Part shown: one piece after another, positions 1 through 11,994 of the stretch
Layout of the letters: the number at the start of each line of letters is the position of its first letter
Position numbering within the stretch: position 1 is the first letter of the stretch
NCBI RefSeq assembly: GCF_030684315.1
Contig: NC_081378.1
Coordinates: 37,682,252-37,746,251, forward strand
Direction: 5' to 3'
Source of the DNA: Stegostoma tigrinum
Taxonomy: Eukaryota
Length of the DNA stretch: 64,000 nucleotides
Made by a program: the position numbers and the translations under genes
Notes under the pieces: generated by a model
Databases searched by the model: none
Seen by the model: the letters and a program-made list of their open reading frames with translations, nothing else
Told to the model about the DNA's origin: nothing

Positions 1-605
1 TTCGTGTAAGGAACAGTAAGACAGTCCTTTCTTTCAGTGATTGACTAGCTTTGAGGCACTGAAACTCCCCATCAGAGCTTCTTTCAAGAATATGATAATT
101 CTTCAACTATGAGTGGAATCATTAAGAACACAGAGACTGACTTCAAGGGTACTGATAAGCAATGCCTGTTTCATGTTTGTTCCTGAAATAATTCTGAATG
201 AGGTTTGGCAAACATTAAGTCATTGTCAAGGATCTCATTTTTGCACAGCCAGAAATCTCTCTCAGATATTTTGCGTCAAGCATAAAGCCTCACATTCTGA
301 CAGATGACACTACTCATCTTCCAATCAATGTGAAATGTATTTTTCAAGCCAGCAGAGTGTGCAGGGAAATGTCCAATGCGTTCTATCAGGCAACAGGCAG
401 AGTGTTGTCCTTTCCACATCAAAGAGTTGATGAACTGACTAAATTGAAATCACGAGGCTCCATTGAAGATTTAAGCACAAGACGTTCTGAAGGCAGGGTG
501 TGGATCACATACCAAAACTGACAAAGAAGTTTCCCTACACCAATGTTTTTAATATTGTTGCTTCAAATTGACTTCTCACGTTTAATGAAAAAGGACTAAA
601 CTCAC

Positions 606-665
606 CAGTTGTGGAGCTGGCAGTAGAACTGGCTGTTGTGGTCGTCCCTGATGGTGATGTGGTTT
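606..665 (-). CDS. MUC19: PTS mini-exon class A (ETTSPSGTTTTASSTASSTT)
   Basis: 60 nt, pyrimidine tract+TAG / GTGAGT, phase 1-1. Confidence 0.85.
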
Positions 666-1382
666 CTATTGTAGAAAAGGAAATGTAAACACAATCTAGA
701 CACAACCTGATTCATGACCAATGAGAAAGATTTCACAGCACTTAGGGGGACATGCAAAAGGATGAGAGAATGTGGAAAAAAGATCAGAACCTATCCTACA
801 AATGGCCAATCCAAAAGCAACCTACCATATCATAAATTGTATCAAGCATCTGTGTCATTAATCTGCTCTCTATCACACGAGTGTTCCAATGGTAGGTCAA
901 GACTGTATTTCTGCTTGTAATAGCATCTAGGGCAGTCGCACACAAATTAGTGTGAGTTGCAAAGTGTCAAGTGTGAGGTGAGGAAACACATTTGGACAGA
1001 ATGACAGAGTTTGCCACTGGGCATTGTAACCTAACTGTGTGACACAACCAATTGATGCCAGGCATCAATCTGCATTAGACGTTTCTTTGATTAGAAACAA
1101 TGTGCGAGGCTAAGTGGAATAGCAGGGCATTGGCATTAATATTAAATGTTTGGAGAGGCTGAATATTTTCAATGGGACGGATGAAAAATGCCTGCACGAG
1201 ATTCCTTTTGATATTGTGGAAATATATTGACTTTTTGTGCTCAAAGCTCTCTCCTCTTGTAGGAATAGAATGAGATGCTGGAAGACCATGGGAACAGCCT
1301 TTGACCGAACAGGAGGTGAAGATTCCATCAATTCAATGGAATCTAAGGCCTTGCAATGCTTACAGGCATCATCGGTACTCAC

Positions 1383-1442
1383 CAGTTGTGGAGCCACTGG
1401 TTGAGCCAGGAGTTGTTGCTGAGACTGTTGTGGAGGTTTGTT
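1383..1442 (-). CDS. MUC19: PTS mini-exon class B (EQTSTTVSATTPGSTSGSTT)
   Basis: 60 nt, CAG / GTGAGT, phase 1-1. Confidence 0.85.
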
Positions 1443-1696
1443 CTGAAATATGAGAGAAATTGAAGTTCACAACACTTTGTCATTTCCAAAAGATTATATG
1501 CTACGTTTCAGAATGAGAGGAGGTAAGTATTTCTCCCAGATACATGGTGGAAATAAATAAATGTTAATGTCCAAACCACCACAGAAAAAGAGAAAAGTGA
1601 CAAATATAAATTGTCAAACAATTGAACCATAAATGAGCAAAGAAGTGATTCTGTTCAAGGGTCACTTCATGTTTAGTAACTGAAGTCTTCACTCAC

Positions 1697-1759
1697 CAGT
1701 TATGGAACTGGAAGTAGACGGTGCTGTAGTGGCGGATACTGTTGTTGAAGTGGTTTCTT
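1697..1759 (-). CDS. MUC19: PTS mini-exon class C (EETTSTTVSATTAPSTSSSIT)
   Basis: 63 nt, TAGAAG acceptor / GTGAGT, phase 1-1. Confidence 0.85.
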
Positions 1760-2334
1760 CTAAAAGATAAACAAATGAACTTCCAGTCAGTATATTCTTT
1801 TTTGATGCTGGGTTGGTTTTTCCTCTTGAAACAGCCCCTCCAGATGGTGTACAAACAAAGCGAAAGATGACGAGCCAGTTTGAAAATTGTGACCACAGCT
1901 GATAAAACATGGTTTATGTCACAATGAGAAGTAACGATCATTCCAAATAAATGAACCCAATTATCCATGTTACATATACTAAGACAGTGCCTTGTTTGAG
2001 GCATCAAATGGCTTTAAAGCACTGAATCTCACCAGCATACCTTCTTTCAACAACATGATGATATTCATAGTGATACCAATGCGAGTGGAAACATTTATAT
2101 TACAGAGACTGACTTCACAGACGCTCTTATATAAAAAAGCTTTCTATTTCATGTTTGTGTCTGAAATATTTCTTAATCAGGTTTGGCGAATAATTAGGAC
2201 ATCAATACCTGTCCACGTCAATGATTTTATTCAGTTTTTGAAGAGCACATCAACACAGTTTCATTGTCAAGGAGCTAAAGATGACGTTTATATCAAAGTC
2301 ATTGGTCTTACGGCTCATGGAAACCATCACATAC

Positions 2335-2403
2335 CTGTTGTTGAGGTACTGGTGGAGCCAGGTGTAGTTGTAGGCGCTGTTGTTGTTCTTGTTGATGTTC
2401 TTA
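2335..2403 (-). CDS. MUC19: PTS mini-exon class D (VRTSTRTTTAPTTTPGSTSTSTT)
   Basis: 69 nt, CAG / GTATGT, phase 1-1. Confidence 0.85.
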
Positions 2404-2640
2404 CTGAAAAAGAAAATGAATAATATTCAATACTTAATCAACATTCACCAGAAACAAATCTGACATGAATTATGATGGAAATGGGACAATCAACTGAATT
2501 CCGATAGAAATTTTACAATGAATTGTGCCAAGTATCAAGCTGACGGTAGTAGTATGTGTTCTCAGTGAGGCTGCTGAAATTCAGAAACCGTTCCACTTGC
2601 AACAAGGTTGCGAATTGTGTTGAATGCATGTATCACTCAC

Positions 2641-2703
2641 CAGCTGTGGAAATGGCAGTTGTCTCAGCTGTGGTGCCTGTCCCTGTTGTTGTAGCTGATT
2701 CTT
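2641..2703 (-). CDS. MUC19: PTS mini-exon class E (EESATTTGTGTTAETTAISTA)
   Basis: 63 nt, CAGAAG acceptor / GTGAGT, phase 1-1. Confidence 0.85.
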
Positions 2704-3305
2704 CTGAAGGAAAAAGAACAGAATCATCAAGTAATTTTTGAACGGCCCATGCGACAGGATTGAGAGAAGACAATCATTCTGTCATTGAAACGGACAGTGG
2801 ACACAGGTATCATGAAAATTATTACAATGACCTGGCAGCTGATAGGAGCCAAAGGTCACTGCAGGAAGGTAATTGCTTTTGAGGTGTGATCACTGTTGGA
2901 GAATAGGAATTGTGCCCATCAAATTTGTTTAAAGCCAGGCAATTCAAATAATCAATCTCAGAAGTTTTGAGTCAAGTGTCAAGACTGTTTGGCACCCTGA
3001 GGGAGCTCACTGCTCATCTTCCAATCAAAGTGAGAGGTATTTTTCAAGCAAGCAGATTGCGCAGGCAAACGTGTAATGCAATGTATCAGCCAGCAGGCCC
3101 AGTGTTGTCTTTCTGTATCAAAGGGTTGATGATCTGACTGAGTTGAATGCACAAGGCTGGACGGAAATCTTCAGCACAGCATCTTCTTTAGGCAAGACAG
3201 TGGTTGATGGACCAGAAGTAACAAAGGAATTTCCCTGTTCAGAGACTTTTTAGGTTCTTGCTTCAAATTGAATCTTCATGTTTACTGAGAAAGGACTGAA
3301 CTCAC

Positions 3306-3365
3306 CAGTTGTGGAGCTGGCAGTAGAACTGGCTGTGGTGGTCGTCCCTGATGTTGATGTGGTTT
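3306..3365 (-). CDS. MUC19: PTS mini-exon class A
   Basis: 60 nt, AG/GT, phase 1-1. Confidence 0.85.
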
Positions 3366-4085
3366 CTATTGAAGAAAAGGAAATGTAATCACAATCTCGA
3401 CACATAAACTGAATCATGACCAATGAGAAAGATTCAACAGCACTTAGGAGGGAGTGCACAAAGGATGAGAGAATGTGTAAAAAAGATCAGAGCCGAACCC
3501 ACAGATAGCCAATCAAAATGCATCCTACCATATCATAAATTGTGTCAACCATCTGTGTCATTAACCTGCTCTCCATCACACGAGTGTTCCAGTGGTAGGT
3601 CAAGACTTTATTTCTGCTTGCAATAGCATCAAGGGTAGTCACACACAATTTAATGTGAGTTTCAAAGTGTCAAGTGTGAGGTGAGGAAACACATTTGAAC
3701 AGGATGACGTTGTTTGCCACTGGGCGTTGTAAGCTAAATGTGTGACACAACCAATTTGATGCCAGGCATCAATCTGCGTTAGATGTTTCTTTAAACAGAA
3801 AAAATGTGTCAGGCTAAGAGGAGTAGAAGGGCAACGGCATCAATATTAAATGTTTGGAGAGTCTGAATATTTTCAATGGGACGGATGAAAAATGCCTGCA
3901 CCAGAATCCTTTTGTTATTGTGGAAATATATTGAATTTTTGTGCTCAAAGCTCTCATCTCTTGTGAAATAGAATAAGATGCTGGAAGACCATGGGAACAG
4001 CCTTTTACCAAACAGGAGGTGAAGATTCCATCACTTCACTGGTATCTAAGGCCTTGCAATTCTTACAGACATCATCGGTACTCAC

Positions 4086-4145
4086 CAGTTGTGGAGCCAG
4101 TGGTTGAGCCAGGAGTTGTTGCTGAGACTGTTGTGGAGGTTTGTT
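4086..4145 (-). CDS. MUC19: PTS mini-exon class B
   Basis: 60 nt, AG/GT, phase 1-1. Confidence 0.85.
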
Positions 4146-4398
4146 CTGAAATATGAGAGAAATTGAAGTTCACAACACTATGATTCAATTCCAAACTAAT
4201 ATATGTCATTTTTTCGGAATGAAATAAGGGAAGCATTCTGGTTGGATACATTATAGCAATCAGTAACTATATGTGTGAAATACACACTGAAATAGAGATA
4301 AGTGAAAGATAGCAGTTGTCCAAAATTTGAACGAATGCTGTGGGCAGTGATTCTGTTCAAATGATACTTAATGTTCAACAAACTAAGTCTTCACTCAC

Positions 4399-4461
4399 CA
4401 GATGTGGAACTGGAAGTCGATGGTGCTGTAGTGGTGAATACTAATGTTGAAGTTGTTTCTT
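4399..4461 (-). CDS. MUC19: PTS mini-exon class F (EETTSTLVFTTTAPSTSSSTS; paralog of C)
   Basis: 63 nt, TAGAAG / GTGAGT, phase 1-1. Confidence 0.85.
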
Positions 4462-5253
4462 CTAAAAGAAAACAAATGAACTTCGAGTCAGTATATTCCT
4501 TTTTGATTTGAGGCTGCTTATTCCACCTCAAGCAGCACCCTCAGGTCATGCACAAACCAACCGATAAAGACCAACCGGTTTGAAAATTCTTACTGCAGCC
4601 GAGAAAGCATGGCACGTGCCCAGAATAAAATAGATGGTGGATGCCACGTTTGTGTAAGGAACAGTAAGACAGTCCTTTCTTTCAGTGATTGACTAGCTTT
4701 GAGGCACTGAAACTCCCCATCAGAGCTTCTTTCAAGAATATGATAATTCTTCAACTATGAGTGGAATCATTAAGAACACAGAGATTGACTTCAAGGATAC
4801 TGATAAGCAATGCCTGTTTCATGTTTGTTCCTGAAATAATTCTGAATGAGGTTTGGCAAACATTAAGTCATTGTCAAGGATCTCATTTTTGCACAGCCAG
4901 AAATCTCTCTCAGATATTTTGAGTCAAGCATAAACCCTCACATTCTGACAGATGACACTACTCATCTTCCAATCAATGTGAAATGTATTTTTCAAGCCAG
5001 CAGAGTGTGCAGGGAAATGTCCAATGCGTTCTATCAGGCAACAGGCAGAGTGTTGTCCTTTCCACATCAAAGAGTTGATGAACTGACTAAATTGAAATCA
5101 CGAGGCTCCATTGAAGACTTAAGCACAAGACGTTCTGAAGGCAGGGTGTGGATCACATACCAAAACTGACAAAGAAGTTTCCCTACACCAATGTTTTTAA
5201 TATTGTTGCTTCAAATTGATTTCTCACGTTAAATGAAAAAGGACTAAACTCAC

Positions 5254-5313
5254 CAGTTGTGGAGCTGGCAGTAGAACTGGCTGTTGTGGTCGTCCCTGAT
5301 GGTGATGTGGTTT
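5254..5313 (-). CDS. MUC19: PTS mini-exon class A
   Basis: 60 nt, AG/GT, phase 1-1. Confidence 0.85.
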
Positions 5314-6030
5314 CTATTGTAGAAAAGGAAATGTAAACACAATCTAGACACAACCTGATTCATGACCAATGAGAAAGATTTCACAGCACTTAGGGGGACA
5401 TGCAAAAGGATGAGAGAATGTGGAAAAAAGATCAGAACCTATCCTACAAATGGCCAATCCAAAAGCAACCAACCATATCATAAATTGTACCAAGCATCTG
5501 TGTCATTAATCTGCTCTCTATCACACGAGTGTTCCAATGGTAGGTCAAGACTGTATTTCTACTTGTAATAGCATCTAGGGCAGTCGCACACAAATTAGTG
5601 TGAGTTGCAAAGTGTCAAGTGTGAGGTGAGGAAACACATTTGGACAGAATGACAGAGTTTGCCACTGGGCATTGTAACCTAACTGTGTGACACAACCAAT
5701 TGATGCCAGGCATCAATCTGCATCAGACGTTTCTTTGATTAGAAACAATGTGCGAGGCTAAGTGGAATAGCAGGGCATTGGCATTAATATTAAATGTTTG
5801 GAGAGGCTGAATATTTTCAATGGGACGGATGAAAAATGCCTGCACGAGATTCCTTTTGATATTGTGGAAATATATTGACTTTTTGTGCTCAAAGCTCTCT
5901 CCTCTTGTAGGAATAGAATAAGATGCTGGAAGACCATGGGAACAGCCTTTGACCGAACAGGAGGTGAAGATTGTATCAATTCAATGGAATCTAAGGCCTT
6001 GCAATTCTTACAGGCATCATCGGTACTCAC

Positions 6031-6090
6031 CAGTTGTGGAGCCAGTGGTTGAGCCAGGAGTTGTTGCTGAGACTGTTGTGGAGGTTTGTT
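6031..6090 (-). CDS. MUC19: PTS mini-exon class B
   Basis: 60 nt, AG/GT, phase 1-1. Confidence 0.85.
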
Positions 6091-6344
6091 CTGAAATATG
6101 AGAGAAATTGAAGTTCACAACACTTTGTCATTTCCAAAAGATTTTATGCTACGTTTCAGAATGAGAGGAGGTAAGTATTTCTCCCAGATACATGGTGGAA
6201 ATAAATAAATGTTAATGTCCAAACCACCACAGAAAAAGAGAAAAGTGACAAATATAAATTGTCAAACAATTGAACCATAAATGAGCAAAGAAGTGATTCT
6301 GTTCAAGGGTCAGTTCATGTTTAGTAACTGAAGTCTTCACTCAC

Positions 6345-6407
6345 CAGTGATGGAACTGGAAGTAGACGGTGCTGTAGTGGCGGATACTCTTGTTGAAGTG
6401 GTTTCTT
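6345..6407 (-). CDS. MUC19: PTS mini-exon class C
   Basis: 63 nt, AG/GT, phase 1-1. Confidence 0.85.
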
Positions 6408-6983
6408 CTAAAAGATAAACAAATGAACTTCCAGTCAGTATATTCTTTTTTGATGCTGGATTGGTTGTTCCTCTTGAAACAGCCCCTCCAGATGGTGTAC
6501 AAACAAAGCGAAAGATGACGAGCCAGTTTGAAAATTGTGACCACAGCTGATAAAACATGGTTTATGTCACAATGAGAAGTAACGATCATTCCAAATAAAT
6601 GAACCCAATTATCCATGTTACATATACTAAGACAGTGCCTTGTTTGAGGCATCAAATGGCTTTATAGCACTGAATCTCACCAGCATACCTTCTTTCAACA
6701 ACATGATGATACTTCATAGTGATACCAATGCGAGTGGAAACATTTATATTACAGAGACTGACTTCACAGACACTCTTATATAAAAAAGTTTTCTATTTCA
6801 TGTTTGTGTCTGAAATATTTCTTAATCAGGTTTGGCGAATAATTAGGACATCAATACCTGTCCACTTCAATGATTTTATTCAGTTTTCGAAGAGCAAATC
6901 AACACAGTTTCATTGTCAAGAAGCTAAAGATGACGTTTATATCAAAGTCATTGGTCTTACGGCTCATGGAAACCATCACATAC

Positions 6984-7061
6984 CTGTTGTTGAGGTACTG
7001 GTGGAGCCAGGTGTAGTTGTAGGCGCTGTTGTTGTTCTTGTTGTTGTTGTTGTTGATGTTC
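6984..7061 (-). CDS. MUC19: PTS mini-exon class D*, long variant (GTSTTTTTRTTTAPTTTPGSTSTSTT)
   Basis: 78 nt, acceptor CAATAG shifted 3 nt, 4 extra ACA codons, GTATGT donor. Confidence 0.8.
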
Positions 7062-7301
7062 CTATTGAAAAAGAAAATGAATAATATTCAATACTTAATC
7101 AACAATCACCAGAAACCAATCTGACATGAATTATGATGGAAATGGGACAATCAACTGAATTCCGATAGAATTTTTACAATGAATTGTGCCAAGTATCAAG
7201 CTGACGGTAGTAGTATGTGTTCTCAGTGAGGCTGCTGAAATTCAGAAACCGTTCCACTTGCAACAAGGTTGTGAATTGTGTTGAATGCATGTATCACTCA
7301 C

Positions 7302-7364
7302 CAGCTGTGGAAATGGCAGTCGTCTCAGCTGTGGTACCTGTCCCTGTTGTTGTAGCTGATTCTT
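7302..7364 (-). CDS. MUC19: PTS mini-exon class E
   Basis: 63 nt, AG/GT, phase 1-1. Confidence 0.85.
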
Positions 7365-7966
7365 CTGAAGGAAAAAGAACAGAATCATCAAGTAATTTTT
7401 GAACGCCCCATGCAGCAGGATTGAGAGAAGACAATCATTCTGTCATTGAAACGGACACTGGACACAGGTATCATGAAAATTATTACAATGACCTGGCAGC
7501 TGATACGAGCCAAAGGTCACTGCAGGAAAGTAATTGCTTTTGAGGTGTGATCACTGTTGGAGAATAGGAATTGTGCCCATCAAATTTGTTTAAAGCCAGG
7601 CAATTCAAATAATCAATCTCAGAAGTTTTGAGTCAAGTGTCAAGACTGTTTGGCACCCTGAGGGAGCTCACTGCTCATCTTCCAATCAAAGTGAGAGGTA
7701 TTTTTCAAGCAAGCAGATTGCGCAGGCAAACGTGTAGTGCAATGTATCAGCCAACAGGCCCAGTGTTGTCTTTCTGTATCAAAGGGTTGATGATCTGACT
7801 GAGTTGAATGCACAAGGCTGGACGGAAATTTTCAGCACAGCATCTTCTTTAGGCAAGACAGTGGTTGATGGAGCAGAAGTAACAAAGGAATTTCCCTGTT
7901 CAGAGACTTTTTAGATTCTTGCTTCAAATTGAATCTTCATGTTTACTGAGAAAGGACTGAACTCAC

Positions 7967-8026
7967 CAGTTGTGGAGCTGGCAGTAGAACTGGCTGTGGT
8001 GGTCGTCCCTGATGTTGATGTGGTTT
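7967..8026 (-). CDS. MUC19: PTS mini-exon class A (CAGCAG acceptor; may extend to 8029)
   Basis: 60 or 63 nt, AG/GT, phase 1-1. Confidence 0.8.
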
Positions 8027-8747
8027 CTGCTGAAGAAAAGGAAATGTAATCACAATCTCGACACGTAAACTGAATCATGACCAATGAGAAAGATTCAACA
8101 GCACTTAGGAGGGAGTGCAAAAAGGATGAGAGAATGTGTAAAAAAGATCAGAGCCTATCCCACAGATAGCCAATCAAAATGCATCCTACCATATCATAAA
8201 TTGTGTCAACCATCTGTGTCATTAACCTGCTCTCCATCACACGAGTGTTCCAGTGGTAGGTCAAGACTTTATTTCTGCTTGCAATAGCATCAAGGGTAGT
8301 CGCACACAATTTAATGTGAGTTTCAAAGTGTCAAGTGTGAGGTGAGGAAACACATTTGAACAGGATGACGTTGTTTGCCACTGGGCGTTGTAAGCTAAAT
8401 GTGTGACACAACCAATTTGATGCCAGGCATCAAACTGCGTTAGATGTTTCTTTAAACAGAAAAAATGTGTCAGGCTAAGAGGAGTAGAAGGGCAACGGCA
8501 TCAATATTAAATGTTTGGCGAGTCTGAATATTTTCAATGGGACGGATGAAAAATGCCTGCACCAGAATCCTTTTGTTATTGTGGAAATATATTGAATTTT
8601 TGTGCTCAAAGCTCTCTCCTCTTGTAGGAATAGAATAAGATGCTGGAAGACCATGGGAACAGCCTTTTACCAAACAGGAGGTGAAGATTCCATCACTTCA
8701 CTGGTATCTAAGGCCTTGCAATTCTTACAGACATCATCGGTACTCAC

Positions 8748-8807
8748 CAGTTGTGGAGCCAGTGGTTGAGCCAGGAGTTGTTGCTGAGACTGTTGTGGAG
8801 GTTTGTT
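8748..8807 (-). CDS. MUC19: PTS mini-exon class B
   Basis: 60 nt, AG/GT, phase 1-1. Confidence 0.85.
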
Positions 8808-9060
8808 CTGAAATATGAGAGAAATTGAAGTTCACAACACTTTGATTCATTTCCAAACTCATATACATCATTTTTTCAGAATGAAATAAGGTAAGTATTC
8901 TGGCTGGATATCTTATAGAAATCAGTAAGTATATGTGTGAAATACATACTAAAATAGAGATAATTGAAATGTAGCAGTTGTCCAAAATTTGAACGAATGC
9001 TGTGGGCAGTGATTCTGTTCAAATGATACTTAATGTTCAACAAACTAAGTCTTCACTCAC

Positions 9061-9123
9061 CAGATGTGGAACTGGAAGTAGACGGTGCTGTAGTGGTGGA
9101 TACTAATGTTGAAGTTGTTTCTT
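9061..9123 (-). CDS. MUC19: PTS mini-exon class F
   Basis: 63 nt, AG/GT, phase 1-1. Confidence 0.85.
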
Positions 9124-9997
9124 CTAAAAGAAAACAAATGAACTTCTAGTCAGTTTATTCCTTTTTAATTTGTGCTGCTTATTCCTCCTCAAGCAGCACC
9201 GCCAGACCTCTAGATCGTGCACAAACACACAAAGTTTACCAGCTGCTTTGAAAATTCTTACTGCAGCTAAGTAACCATGGCATATGGCCCAAATTACTCA
9301 AATAGTGTATGCCACTTTGAAGTTAAGAACAGTAGGACAGAACCTTTTTTGAGCAATTGGCTAGCGATGAGGCACTAAAGCTGACCAGCAATCCTCCTTT
9401 CAAGAGTATGATAACACTTCAACAATTAGTTCAATCATTCTGAAAACAGTGACTAACTTTTAGGAAGCCCTATTTACAGATTGCTGTTTCATGTTTGTTC
9501 CAAAAATAATTCTGAATGCAGTTTCGTGAATAATTAAGACATCAATCTCTGACCACTTCCATCTCTTGAGTCACTTTTGAAAGAGGAAATGAATACAATT
9601 TCATTGTCAAGGATCTCAAGATGCACATCATTTTGCACAGATAGGAATCAATCTCAAAAATTTTGAGTCAAGGATACAGTCTCACATTCTGATAGATGAT
9701 ACTACCTGTCCTCCAATCAATGTAAAAGGTATTTTTCAAGCCAGCAGAGAGTGCAGGCAAATGTTTGTTATGATCTATCAGCCAAGTGGCCCAGTGTTGT
9801 CCTTTCCACATCAAAGAGTTGATGATCTGACGAAATTGAATTCGTGTGGTTGCATTGAAGACTAAAGCACAACAAATTCCGAAGGCAGAATGTGGATCAT
9901 GGACCAAAATTGACAAAGCAATTTCCCAACATCCATGTTTTTAATGTTGTTGCTTCACATTGATCTCTCACCTTTAATGAAAATGGAGTCAACTCAC

Positions 9998-10057
9998 CAG
10001 TTGTGGAGCTGGCAGTAGAACTGGCTGTGGTGGTTGTCCCTGATGTTGATGTGCTTT
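9998..10057 (-). CDS. MUC19: PTS mini-exon class A (ESTSTSG variant)
   Basis: 60 nt, AG/GT, phase 1-1. Confidence 0.85.
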
Positions 10058-10767
10058 CTATTGAAGGAAAGGAAATGTAAACACAATCCATACGCATAAC
10101 CTGAATCATGATCAATGAGTGCGATTCATAAGCATTTAGGAGGGAATGGTCAAATGGAGAGAGAATGCGTAAAAAAGATCAGAAACTAGCACACAGATGG
10201 CCAATCCAGAGGAATCCTGCTATATCATAACTTGTACAAAGAATTTGCGTCATTCTCAAACTCTCTGTCACATGGGATTTCCTGTGGTAGGCCAAGACAT
10301 CGTTTCTGCTTGTAAAATCATCAAGGGCAGTCAGACACAGATTAATGTGAGTCAAGTGCAAGGTGCAGAAAAATATTTGAACATAATGACAGGTCGCCAC
10401 TTGGAGTTGTAACCTCAATGTGTGGAACAAGCAACTTGATGGCAGTGATCGAATTACAACAGACGTTTCTGTGCATAGAAACAATGTGCGAGGCTAAGTG
10501 GAGTAGCAGGGCAACGGTCTCAATGTTAAATGTTTGTAGAGGCTGAATAGATTCAGTGGAAAGATTCGCAAATGTCTGCAGAAGAATCGTTCTGTCATTC
10601 TATAAAAGTCCATGATCTTTTCAGCTCAAAATATTCTACTGTTGCAGAAATAGAATAAGATACTGGAAGACCATGGGAACAGCCTTTTACCGAACAGGAG
10701 GTGAAGATTCCATCAATTCACTGGTATCTAAGGCCTTGCAATTCTTACAGACATCATCGGTACTCAC

Positions 10768-10827
10768 CAGTTGTGGAGCCAGTGGTTGAGCCAGGAGTTG
10801 TTGCTGAGACTGTTGTGGAGGTTTGTT
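10768..10827 (-). CDS. MUC19: PTS mini-exon class B
   Basis: 60 nt, AG/GT, phase 1-1. Confidence 0.85.
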
Positions 10828-11078
10828 CTGAAATATGAGAGAAATTGAAGTTCACAACACTATGATTCAATTCCAAACTAATATATATCATTTTTTCGGC
10901 ATGAAATAAGGGAAGTATCCTGGCTGGATACATTATAGCAATCAGTAACTATGTGTGAAATACACACTGAAATAGAGATAAGTGAAAGATAGCAGTTGTC
11001 CAAAATTTGAACGAATGCTGTGGGCAGTGATTCTGTTCCAACGACACTTAATGTTCAACAAACTAAGTCTTCACTCAC

Positions 11079-11141
11079 CAGATGTGGAACTGGAAGTCGA
11101 TGGTGCTGTAGTGGTGAATACTAATGTAGAAGTTGTTTCTT
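11079..11141 (-). CDS. MUC19: PTS mini-exon class F
   Basis: 63 nt, AG/GT, phase 1-1. Confidence 0.85.
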
Positions 11142-11934
11142 CTAAAAGAAAACAAATGAACTTCGAGTCAGTATATTCCTTTTTGATTTGAGGCTGCTTA
11201 TTCCACCTCAAGCAGCACCCTCAGGTCATGCAGAAACCAACCGATAAAGACCAACCGGTTTGAAAATTCTTACTGCAGCCGAGAAAGCATGGCACGTGCC
11301 CAGAATAAAATAGATGGTGGATGCCACGTTCGTGTAAGGAACCGTAAGACAGTCCTTTCTTTCAGTGATTGACCAGCTTTGAGGCACTGAAACTCCCCAT
11401 CAGAGCATCTTTCAAGAATATGATAATTCTTCAACTATGAGTGGAATCATTAAGAACACAGAGACTGACTTCAAGGATACTGATATGCAGATGCCTGTTT
11501 CATGTTTGTTCCTGAAATAATTCTGAATGAGGTTTGGTGAACATTAAGTCATTGTCAAGGATCTCATTTTTGCACAGCCAGAAATCTCTCTCAGATATTT
11601 TGAGTCAAGCATAAAGCCTCACATTCTGACAGATGACACTAATCATCTTCCAATCAATGTGAAATGTATTTTTCAAGCCAGCAGAGTGTGCAGGGATATG
11701 TCCAATGTGTTCTATCAGGCAACAGGCAGAGTGTTGTCCTTTCCACATCAAAGAGTTGATGAACTGACTAAATTGAAATCACGAGGCTCCATTGAAGACT
11801 TAAGCACAAGACGTTCTGAAGGCAGGATGTGGATCACATACCAAAACTGACAAAGAAGTTTCCCTACACCAATGTTTTTAATATTGTTGCTTCAAATTGA
11901 TTTCTCACGTTAAATGAAAAAGGACTAAACTCAC

Positions 11935-11994
11935 CAGTTGTGGAGCTGGCAGTAGAACTGGCTGTTGTGGTCGTCCCTGATGGTGATGTGGTTT
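11935..11994 (-). CDS. MUC19: PTS mini-exon class A
   Basis: 60 nt, AG/GT, phase 1-1. Confidence 0.85.

Noticed and set aside
330-920. Recurrent small ORFs (MKCIFQASRV..., MTNEKDFTAL..., MMPQTRHCLS...) as a tandem small-protein family
   Set aside because: They are intronic and recur only because the DNA is duplicated. Some depend on GTG/TTG starts, and homologous introns in other module types are disrupted.
1992-2741. Repeated plus-strand ORFs with Val-rich pseudo-transmembrane stretches (VVEVLVEPGVVVGAVVVLV; AVVSAVVPVPVVVA)
   Set aside because: Antisense reading of Thr/Ser codons (ACA/ACC read as GTT/GTG). Starts and frames vary between copies.
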